A DNA stretch of 64,000 bases, taken from an uncultured Stenotrophomonas sp. GTDB lineage: Bacteria; Pseudomonadota; Gammaproteobacteria; Xanthomonadales; Xanthomonadaceae. The stretch is taken from NCBI RefSeq assembly GCF_913775725.1, contig NZ_CAJYNG010000014.1; one strand, given 5' to 3'. This document shows, piece by piece, positions 17,142-24,577 of the stretch; positions within the stretch are counted from its first letter, which is position 1; every line of letters begins with the position of its first letter. The notes under the pieces are model-generated. The model was not told the origin of the DNA and did not search any database. It saw only the letters and a list, made by a program, of their open reading frames with translations. Made by a program: the position numbers and the translations under genes.

Positions 17142-17870
17142 TTATTCCAGGTTCACCGACGAGGCCAGTACGTAGCCTTCGTTGCGCACGGTCTTGATCA
17201 GGCCGTCCGGGCCACCGTCGTCGCCCAGCTTGTTGCGCAGCCGGCTGACCTGCAGGTCGATGGCGCGGTCCTGCGCCTCGTAGTTGCGGCCACTGCTGAG
17301 CGCCACCAGCTGTTCGCGCGACAGCACCTTGTTGGCATGGGCGATGAACACCCGCAGCAGCCGGAACTCGGCACCGGACAGCACCACCACGCGGTCATCC
17401 GGATCCACCAGGTGGCGATGTTCCAGGTCGAACACCCAGCGCGAGAAGCGCGCACGGCGCACCGCCAGCGGCTCCAGGTTGGCCGGCAGCGCCTCAGTCC
17501 GGCGCAGCACGTTGCGGATGCGCGCCAGCAGCTCGCGCGGTTCGAACGGCTTGGCCAGGTAGTCGTCGGCACCCATTTCCAGGCCCAGCACGCGGTCGAT
17601 CGGCTCGGCGCGTGCGGTCAGCATGATCACCGGGGTGTTCGAGCGCGCGCGCAGGTCGCGGCACAGGGTCAGACCATCCTCGCGCGGCAGGTTGAGGTCG
17701 AGCACGATCAGGTCCACATGCTCACGGTCCAGCAGCTGGCGCATGGCGGTGCCATCGGCGGCCGTGCTCACCTGGTAGCCGGCACGGCCGAGCTGTTCGG
17801 CCAGCAGAGTCCGGATGTCGTTGTCGTCGTCGACGATCAGCAGTCGATGCATCGTGTTTTCAGTCTCCAT
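17142..17870 (-). CDS. OmpR-family response regulator (receiver plus winged-helix)
   Basis: LLIVDDD, DLIVLDLNLP and the PVIMLTA...K receiver motifs, with a C-terminal winged helix ...IKTVRNEGYVL. The start could also be M7 (17852). Confidence 0.9.
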   Translation of the reverse strand: METENTMHRLLIVDDDNDIRTLLAEQLGRAGYQVSTAADGTAMRQLLDREHVDLIVLDLNLPREDGLTLCRDLRARSNTPVIMLTARAEPIDRVLGLEMGADDYLAKPFEPRELLARIRNVLRRTEALPANLEPLAVRRARFSRWVFDLEHRHLVDPDDRVVVLSGAEFRLLRVFIAHANKVLSREQLVALSSGRNYEAQDRAIDLQVSRLRNKLGDDGGPDGLIKTVRNEGYVLASSVNLE

Positions 17871-18073
17871 GTCGCGATCATCCCGTGTCGGCAGCTGAAC
17901 CGCATCCGGGGCAATGCGTACCAGTGTATCCAGCCATGGGTGGGATACCTGTGGTTACGCGTATTCACCGACAGTGTTACATACAGACATACCCCGAGGA
18001 TTGGCCCCCCGTCGGTCGATCTTCACAATGCCCACCAACGCCGCCACCGCGGCCCCGAGAGTGAAGCCACGAC

Positions 18074-19315
18074 GTGACGTTCCGCCTGCTGCCTGCGACC
18101 CGCCGAGGTCGCCTGATACTGATCGCCCTGCTTGCCCTTGCCGTCGCCGCAGCCGCCTGGTGGCTGCTGCGCAAGCCCGCCGCCCCGGCCGTAGCGACCA
18201 CCCCGGTCAGCCGCGGCGACATCGAGCAGACGGTGGAGGCCACCGGCGTGATCGACGCCTACAAGCTGGTCAGCGTCGGCGCGCAGGCCTCGGGCCAGAT
18301 CAAGTCACTGAAGGTGCAGCTGGGCGACACCGTGAAGGAAGGCGACCTGATCGCCGAGATCGATGCCACCACCCAGCAGAACCAGGTGCTCAACGCGCAG
18401 GCCTCGCTGGACCAGGTCACCGCCCAGCGCGCCGTGCAGCAGGCCACCCTGCGCCAGGCCGAACTGGAATTCGCACGCCAGCAGCAGATGCTGGCCGCCG
18501 AGGCCACCTCGCGCCAGGAATACGATGCCGCCGAGGCCCAGCTGAAGACGGCCCGTGCCCAGCTGCAGTCCTACGAGGCGCAGATCAAGGGCCGCGAAAC
18601 CGAGCTGGGCACCGCCCGCGCCAACCTGGCCTACACCCGCATCACCGCGCCGATGGATGGCACCGTGGTGGCAGTGGTGGCCGAGGAAGGCCGCACCGTG
18701 AACGCCAACCAGACCGCACCGACCATCGTCATGCTGGCGCGGTTGGATGTGGTCACCGTCAATGCCGAGATCTCCGAGGCCGATGTGGTCAAGATCAAGG
18801 CCGGCATGCCGGTGTACTTCACCACGCTGGGCGAGCCGGACCGCAAGTACCACGCCACCCTGCGCCAGATCAATCCGGCGCCGGCCTCGATCGCCAATGA
18901 AAACTCGTCCAGTTCCAGCAGCTCCTCCAGTTCCAGCTCCAGCAGCGCGGTGTACTACAACGCGCTGTTCGATGTGGAGAACCCGGACGGCACGCTGCGC
19001 ATCGACATGACCGCGCAGGTCTCGGTGCTGCTCAAGCAGGCCAAGGGCGTGCTGATGGTGCCGGCGGTAGCTCTGGGACCGAAGCGCCGTGGCGACGAGC
19101 GCATGGTGCGGGTGCTGGACGACAAGGGCCAGCCGCAGCCGCGCAAGGTCACCGTGGGCATCAACAACGGCGCCTCGGCCGAGATCCTGTCCGGGCTGAA
19201 GGAAGGCGAGCGCGTGGTGGTCGGCGAAGCCGGTGCGGCCGGTGCCAGCGCCGGCGGCGGCAACCGCGGCGGCATGCAGATGCGGGTTGGCGGCCCGGGC
19301 ATGGGGCGCCGATGA
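18074..19315 (+). CDS. macA: MacA-type periplasmic adaptor (HlyD/RND-MFP family) of an ABC tripartite efflux pump
   Basis: GTG start and an N-terminal TM. Blocks resemble E. coli MacA ([45 protein letters not shown]). Its stop overlaps the macB ATG. It carries an unusual 14-Ser run. Confidence 0.88.
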   Translation: MTFRLLPATRRGRLILIALLALAVAAAAWWLLRKPAAPAVATTPVSRGDIEQTVEATGVIDAYKLVSVGAQASGQIKSLKVQLGDTVKEGDLIAEIDATTQQNQVLNAQASLDQVTAQRAVQQATLRQAELEFARQQQMLAAEATSRQEYDAAEAQLKTARAQLQSYEAQIKGRETELGTARANLAYTRITAPMDGTVVAVVAEEGRTVNANQTAPTIVMLARLDVVTVNAEISEADVVKIKAGMPVYFTTLGEPDRKYHATLRQINPAPASIANENSSSSSSSSSSSSSSAVYYNALFDVENPDGTLRIDMTAQVSVLLKQAKGVLMVPAVALGPKRRGDERMVRVLDDKGQPQPRKVTVGINNGASAEILSGLKEGERVVVGEAGAAGASAGGGNRGGMQMRVGGPGMGRR

Positions 19316-21270
19316 GCACGACGGCGCCGCTGCTGCGCCTGCGCGACCTGCGACGCGAATTCCCGGCCGGCGACGATGTGATCGCCGTGCTGCGTGACGT
19401 CAATCTCGACATCCACGCCGGTGAGATGGTGGCCATCGTCGGCCAGTCCGGCTCGGGCAAGTCGACGCTGATGAACATCCTCGGCTGCCTCGATCGTCCC
19501 ACCCGTGGCAGCTACCAGGTGGCCGGCCGCGAAACCGGGAAGATGGAGCCGGACGAGCTGGCCGAACTGCGTCGCGAGCATTTCGGCTTCATCTTCCAGC
19601 GCTACCACCTGCTGGGCGACCTGGATGCGCGCGGCAACGTGGAAGTACCGGCGGTGTATGCCGGCAGCCCGGGCGCAGTGCGCAACGCGCGTGCCGAGCA
19701 GCTGCTGCAGCGGCTTGGCCTGAGCGACCGCATGCACCACAAGCCAGGCCAACTGTCCGGTGGCCAGCAGCAGCGCGTGTCGATCGCACGTGCCCTGATG
19801 AACGGCGGCGAGGTGATCCTGGCCGACGAACCGACCGGCGCGCTCGACACGAAATCCGGCGAGGAAGTGATGGCGATCCTCGGCGAGCTGCACGCCGAAG
19901 GCCACACCATCATCATCGTCACCCACGACATGAGCGTTGCCGAGCATGCGCAGCGCATCATCGAGATCCGCGATGGCGAGATCATCGCCGACCGCGCCAA
20001 CCCGAACGCACCTTCCTACCGCGCGCAGCGCGAGGCCAGTACCGGCGTTGCCCACGGCAACAGCTGGCGGGCCGCGCGCGACCGCTTCACCGAAGCGTTC
20101 CGCATGGCGCTGCTGGCGATGAACGCACATCGGCTGCGCACCTTCCTGACCATGCTCGGCATCATCATCGGCATTGCCTCGGTGGTCTCGGTGGTGGCGC
20201 TGGGCAATGGCTCGCAGCAGCAGATCCTGCAGAACATCAGCGCGCTCGGCACCAACACCATCGACGTCTATCCGGGCCGTGGTTTCGGCGACATGCGCTC
20301 GGCGCGGGTACAGACGCTCAAGGCCAGCGATGCCGATGCACTGGCAAAGCAGAGCTACGTGGACAGCGCCACCCCCAGCGTGTCGACCTCGGTCACGGCC
20401 CGCTACCGCAACCAGTCCTCCACCGCCCAGGTCAGCGGCGTTGGCGAGCAGTTCTTCCGGGTCAAGGGCGTGACCCTGCTCAGCGGCAGCTTCTTCGATA
20501 GCGATGCGGTGAAGGGCCTGGGCCAGGTGGCGGTGATCGACGAGAACACCCAGACCCAGTTCTTCCCCGATGTCGATCCGGTCGGCCAGGTGATCCTGCT
20601 CGGCAACGTGCCGGCGCGCGTGGTCGGCGTGGCCAAGCGCCAGAGTTTCGGCTTCGGCGGCAGCACCAGCCTCAGCGTGTGGGTGCCGTACACCACGGTG
20701 ATGTCGCGCATGCTCGGCCAGAGCCACGTCTCCAGCATCACCGTGCGCGTGGACGACGACACGCCGATGGATGCCGCACAGGAAGCGATCACCCGACTGT
20801 TGACGATGCGCCATGGCACCGAGGACTTCTTCCTCAGCAACAGCGCCGAGATCCGCGAGACCATCGAGCAGACCACGCGCACGATGACCCTGCTGATCGG
20901 GGCCATCGCCGCGATCGCGCTGCTGGTCGGTGGCATCGGTGTGATGAACATCATGCTGGTGTCGGTGACCGAGCGCACCCGCGAGATCGGCGTGCGCATG
21001 GCCGTGGGTGCACGGCAAAGTGATATCCGCCAGCAGTTCCTGATCGAAGCGGTGCTGGTGTGCCTGCTCGGTGGCCTGCTCGGCATCGGCCTGGCCCTGC
21101 TGCTGGGCTCGATGATCGGCCGCCTCGCCAGCGACTTCCAGGTGCTGTTCTCCACCGCCTCGATCGTTGCCGCCTTCGCCTGCTCCACCCTGATCGGCGT
21201 GGCGTTCGGCTTCCTGCCCGCGCGCAACGCCGCGCAGCTCGACCCGGTGGAGGCCCTGGCCCGCGAATGA
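19312..21270 (+). CDS. macB: MacB-type ABC transporter (N-terminal ATPase fused to 4-TM FtsX-like permease with periplasmic domain)
   Basis: Walker [10 protein letters not shown], signature [14 protein letters not shown], Walker [12 protein letters not shown], and a C-terminal FtsX-type permease ...[14 protein letters not shown]... Confidence 0.92.
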   Translation: MSTTAPLLRLRDLRREFPAGDDVIAVLRDVNLDIHAGEMVAIVGQSGSGKSTLMNILGCLDRPTRGSYQVAGRETGKMEPDELAELRREHFGFIFQRYHLLGDLDARGNVEVPAVYAGSPGAVRNARAEQLLQRLGLSDRMHHKPGQLSGGQQQRVSIARALMNGGEVILADEPTGALDTKSGEEVMAILGELHAEGHTIIIVTHDMSVAEHAQRIIEIRDGEIIADRANPNAPSYRAQREASTGVAHGNSWRAARDRFTEAFRMALLAMNAHRLRTFLTMLGIIIGIASVVSVVALGNGSQQQILQNISALGTNTIDVYPGRGFGDMRSARVQTLKASDADALAKQSYVDSATPSVSTSVTARYRNQSSTAQVSGVGEQFFRVKGVTLLSGSFFDSDAVKGLGQVAVIDENTQTQFFPDVDPVGQVILLGNVPARVVGVAKRQSFGFGGSTSLSVWVPYTTVMSRMLGQSHVSSITVRVDDDTPMDAAQEAITRLLTMRHGTEDFFLSNSAEIRETIEQTTRTMTLLIGAIAAIALLVGGIGVMNIMLVSVTERTREIGVRMAVGARQSDIRQQFLIEAVLVCLLGGLLGIGLALLLGSMIGRLASDFQVLFSTASIVAAFACSTLIGVAFGFLPARNAAQLDPVEALARE

Positions 21271-22709
21271 AGATGATGATGACCCGACTGCCCTTCCCCG
21301 CTCCCTCGCGCCTGCTGCTGGCGGGCGCCGTTCTGCTCGCCCTGTCCGGCTGCGCATCGGTGGGCCGCTACCCGGTGCAGGATCCCAGCGTGGCGGCCAG
21401 CTACGGGCGTGGCGACGCCACCCTCAATGCACCCTCCGACGACCCGCGCAGCAGCCTGGATACTCCGGGCCGCGACATCCGCCAGGACACCTGGTGGACC
21501 GGTTTCGGCGATGAGCGTCTCGACCGCCTGGTGGCGCAGGCGCTGGCCGCCAACAGCGATCTGGCCGCCGCCGGCCTGGCCGTGCAGCGTTCGCGCCTGC
21601 AGGCCGGCCTGGCCAGCAATGCGCTGTGGCCGCAGCCCTCGTCTTCGGGCGTGAGCGGCAGCGCCAGCCGCGCCACCGACCAGTCTGATGATTGGCGTCG
21701 CAGCTATTCCACAGGCGTGTCGCTGGGTTGGGAGGTCGATCTGTGGGGCCGCCTGCGCACCCAGCGCGACATCGCCCGCTGGGAAGCCGAGGCCAGCGAA
21801 GAAGACCGGCAGAACACCGCGTTGCTGGTGATCGGCGACACCATCACCCAGTACTGGAACCTGGCCTATCTCAACCAGTCGATCGCCACCGGCCAGGCCA
21901 ACCTGGAGCGGCTGGAGCGCACCCGCGAACTGGTGCAGGCCCGCTTCGACGCCGGTGCGGTATCGCGCCTGGAAGTCCGCCAGGCACTGCAGAACCTGCA
22001 ATCGCAGCGTTCCTCGCAGAGCGCACTGGAACAGCAGCGGGTGGAGGTGCGCAATGCACTGGCCGTGCTGCTGGACGGCACGCCCTGGCCGCAGCAGGAC
22101 GAACCGCAGGACCTGCTGGCCGCACGCAGCCCCGGCATCAACGAAGGGCTGCCGACCGACCTGCTCGGCCGCCGTCCCGACCTGCGCGCGGCCGAACTGC
22201 GCCTGCGCAACAGCCTGAAGACGATCAAGGTCACCGCCACCCAGTACTACCCGGCGTTGAGCCTGACCGGCAGCCTCGGCTCCAGTGCAACCTCGCTGGG
22301 CGATGTGCTGCGCAACCCGGTGACCACGCTGGGCGCCGGCCTGTCATTGCCGTTCCTCAACCTGCAGCGCGCGCAGCTGGATACCGACATCGCCGGTACG
22401 GCGTACCAGATTGCTGCAACCAACTTCCGCAAGACGCTGTACACCGCGCTCTCGGAAGTGGACAACGCGCTGTCGGCACGTGAGCAGCTGGCGCGCCAGG
22501 TGGCGGCCTCGCAGGCTTCGTATGACGAAGCGGTGGAAGTGGAGCGCGCGCAGGAAGTGCGTTACCGCGTGGGTGCCACCGACCTGCGCACCTGGCTGGA
22601 AGCGCAGCAGACCCGGCATGATGCCGAGCTGTCGCTGGCACGCGTGCGCCAGGGCCAGCTGAACAACGACGTGACCCTGTTCAAGGCACTGGGCGGCAGC
22701 GCGGGCTGA
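21267..22709 (+). CDS. outer-membrane efflux lipoprotein, NodT/OprM family (third gene of the mac operon)
   Basis: ATG 21267 overlaps the macB stop (ATGA). Lipobox LALSGC. Two OEP repeats are present. From memory, this three-gene layout corresponds to the macABC operon described in S. maltophilia. Confidence 0.88.
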   Translation: MKMMMTRLPFPAPSRLLLAGAVLLALSGCASVGRYPVQDPSVAASYGRGDATLNAPSDDPRSSLDTPGRDIRQDTWWTGFGDERLDRLVAQALAANSDLAAAGLAVQRSRLQAGLASNALWPQPSSSGVSGSASRATDQSDDWRRSYSTGVSLGWEVDLWGRLRTQRDIARWEAEASEEDRQNTALLVIGDTITQYWNLAYLNQSIATGQANLERLERTRELVQARFDAGAVSRLEVRQALQNLQSQRSSQSALEQQRVEVRNALAVLLDGTPWPQQDEPQDLLAARSPGINEGLPTDLLGRRPDLRAAELRLRNSLKTIKVTATQYYPALSLTGSLGSSATSLGDVLRNPVTTLGAGLSLPFLNLQRAQLDTDIAGTAYQIAATNFRKTLYTALSEVDNALSAREQLARQVAASQASYDEAVEVERAQEVRYRVGATDLRTWLEAQQTRHDAELSLARVRQGQLNNDVTLFKALGGSAG

Positions 22710-22780
22710 GGCGATGCGGGGCTGCGCCCCGCACCCGCCGAAACAACGTCAACGTCAACAACGGGGCATTCCGCTGAATG

Positions 22781-22880
22781 GCGGGGTGGGTCCGGTGGCA
22801 GGGGACGCCGTGAACCCATCCCTGGGGGCTTGGTCGCCGCATCCATGCGGCTCACACCCCTGCCACCGGCCCCTCCCCGC
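22781..22880. repeat. long-hairpin repeat element, copy 2
   Basis: Outer stem ccggtggcagggg (22792-22804) pairs with cccctgccaccgg (22857-22869), extended by gcgggg/ccccgc. Inner palindrome gccgcat-cc-atgcggc (22836-22851). The core ACGCCGTGAACCCATCCCTGGGGGCT..CATCCATG is shared with copy 1 at 3818-3920. Confidence 0.7.
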
Positions 22881-22926
22881 CCTCGACAGACTTCCGCAAT
22901 CTGCCGGAATCTGCTGCTGATGGTGG

Positions 22927-22996
22927 GTGCCGACCGTTGGTCGGCATGGGCCCTGCCCCCGGTTCTGCTCTGGCAGGTGTCGACCTTGGTCGACAC
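22927..22996. repeat. two palindromic repeats of the GTGCCGACC / GTGTCGACC family
   Basis: Units gtgccgaccgttggtcggca (22927-22946) and gtgtcgaccttggtcgacac (22977-22996). Confidence 0.8.
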
Positions 22997-23017
22997 GATC
23001 CTTCCGATCACAAAAAA

Positions 23018-23055
23018 GGGTCAGATCTCTTTCCCGTGGGAGAGGAATCTGACCC
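23018..23055. repeat. GGGTCAGATC...GATCTGACCC-family long palindrome (third repeat family)
   Basis: Sequence gggtcagatctctttcccgtgggagaggaatctgaccc. Related copies lie at 27305, 27356, 38511 and 41724. Confidence 0.8.
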
Positions 23056-23075
23056 GATCACATCGCGCTTGCCGA

Positions 23076-23819
23076 TCAACCGCGCTGGCGCACGGCCTCG
23101 AACAGGCTGACGCCGGCGGCGACGGAGACGTTCAGGCTCTCGATCTCGCCCGGCATCGGGATCTTGACCAGGCCATCGCAGTTCTCGCGGGTCAGGCGGC
23201 GCAGGCCATCGGCCTCGCCACCCAGCACCAGGGCGATGTTGCCCTTCAGGTCCAGCTGGTACAGCGAGGCGGTGGCTTCGCCGGCCAGGCCATAGATCCA
23301 CACGCCCTGCTTCTGCAGGTCCTTCAGGCAGCGCGACAGGTTGGTCACCGCCACCACCGGAATCAGATCGGCGGCACCGGCCGAGGTCTTGCGCACGGTC
23401 GCGTTCACCGTGGCCGACTTGTCCTTGGGGATGATCACTGCAGTCGCGCCGGCCGCGGCGGCCGAGCGCAGGCAGGCGCCCAGGTTGTGCGGGTCCTGCA
23501 CCTCGTCCAGCACCAGCAGCAGGGCCTTGCCCTCGGCCGCAGTGACCAGGCCTTCCAGCTCGTTCTCACTGTAGGTGCGGGCGGCGGCATAGCGCGCGGC
23601 CACGCCCTGGTGGCGCACCGAACCGCCAACACCGTCCAGCGCCTGGCTGTTCACCTTGCGCACGTCGATGCCCTTGCGGCGGGCGTTTTCCTCGATCTCG
23701 GTCAGGCGCGGGTTCTTCGCACTGGCCTCGACCAGCACTTCGCGGACGTTCTCGGCGTCGTTCTCGATGGAGGAGGCGACGGCGTTGACGCCGACAATCC
23801 ACTGGCTGTTCTTGCTCAT
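23076..23819 (-). CDS. rlmB: 23S rRNA (guanosine2251-2'-O)-methyltransferase RlmB (SpoU/TrmH family)
   Basis: SpoU motifs are present: LVLDEVQDPHNLGACLRSA, IALVLGGEADGL and IPMPGEIESLNVSVAAGV. The genomic context is downstream of rnr. Confidence 0.9.
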   Translation of the reverse strand: MSKNSQWIVGVNAVASSIENDAENVREVLVEASAKNPRLTEIEENARRKGIDVRKVNSQALDGVGGSVRHQGVAARYAAARTYSENELEGLVTAAEGKALLLVLDEVQDPHNLGACLRSAAAAGATAVIIPKDKSATVNATVRKTSAGAADLIPVVAVTNLSRCLKDLQKQGVWIYGLAGEATASLYQLDLKGNIALVLGGEADGLRRLTRENCDGLVKIPMPGEIESLNVSVAAGVSLFEAVRQRG

Positions 23820-23889
23820 GCGGGCGGGGACCGGAAAGGGGGTGGCTATGGTAGAGCATCGGCGCGCCGGGCGCTGGGGCGGGCCCGCC

Positions 23890-23969
23890 TGTAGAGCCGA
23901 GCCTGCGCCCGGCTGCCCTGGGTTCAGGCTGCGGCGACCCGCCAGCCGAGCGTGGGCTCGGCTCTACAG
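23890..23969. repeat. inverted pair of SMAG-type repeats
   Basis: Units tGTAGagccgagcctgcgcccggct (23890-23914, degenerate stem) and agccgagcgtgggctcggctCTACag (23944-23969). Confidence 0.8.
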
Positions 23970-23974
23970 GTGCG

Positions 23975-24457
23975 TTACCGGCTGCGCGGCGGCCAGTGCG
24001 GGGTGTCGTGGTCGGGATGCTGGTGGGACACGATCGTAGCCAGGAAGTCCAGGGCCGCGATGTCCTCCTCGGTACGTCGGGCCGGCAGGCTGGCCAACGA
24101 ATCGACGAACGGCAGCTTGCGCTCGACCCCGTATTGAATCGTCGGCGGCAGGCGTTCGGGCTCGTCAAACGTGCCGGCAGCCACCGCCACGCCATCGGGC
24201 GCCTCGTAGGTCAATGGCGTACCACAGTCGGCGCAGAAGCCACGCCGCACCACGTTGGACGACTGAAAATAACGCGGCTGGCCGCGGGTCCAGCTGAACT
24301 GCACGCCACGCACCGACACCAGCGGCGCGTAGTAGGCACCGAAGGCCTTCTGGCACATCCGGCAATGGCAGATCGAGCTGTCGGTGAGCGCGCCACGCGC
24401 CTGGAAGCGGATCGCGCCGCACTGGCAGCCGCCAGTGTATTCGGGTTGGCCCTGCAT
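23975..24457 (-). CDS. GFA-family (CENP-V / glutathione-dependent formaldehyde-activating-like) zinc protein
   Basis: Start at M40 of the tracked ORF (ATG 24457, GGAGGA RBS). Cys motifs CQCGAIRF, CHCRMCQK and CADCGTPL are typical of the GFA fold. Confidence 0.8.
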   Translation of the reverse strand: MQGQPEYTGGCQCGAIRFQARGALTDSSICHCRMCQKAFGAYYAPLVSVRGVQFSWTRGQPRYFQSSNVVRRGFCADCGTPLTYEAPDGVAVAAGTFDEPERLPPTIQYGVERKLPFVDSLASLPARRTEEDIAALDFLATIVSHQHPDHDTPHWPPRSR

Positions 24458-24478
24458 GGTGGGTTCCTCCGTAACGTC

Positions 24479-24572
24479 GTGCCAACCAAGGTTGGCACCT
24501 ACCGGGTGAGGGATGTGCCAACCAACGGTTGGCACCCACCAGCTGAAGTAGGTGCCGACCGTTGGTCGGCAC
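24479..24572. repeat. three palindromic repeats (GTGCCAACC / GTGCCGACC family) between the GFA gene and rnr
   Basis: Units gtgccaaccaaggttggcacCTACcgg (24479-24505), gtgccaaccaacggttggcac (24515-24535) and GTAGgtgccgaccgttggtcggcac (24548-24572). Confidence 0.85.
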
Positions 24573-24577
24573 ACCTT

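Noticed and set aside
18955-21357. 800-aa minus-strand ORF, with the similar ORF at 20403..22001.
   Set aside because: Both are antisense to macB and the outer-membrane factor gene, whose ABC and OEP motifs are clear.
23005-23063. An apparent 8-bp direct repeat (cgatcaca) flanking the 23018-23055 palindrome, suggestive of a target-site duplication.
   Set aside because: The left copy is separated from the element by an A6 run. The other four copies of this family in the window show no flanking duplication, so this is probably coincidental.
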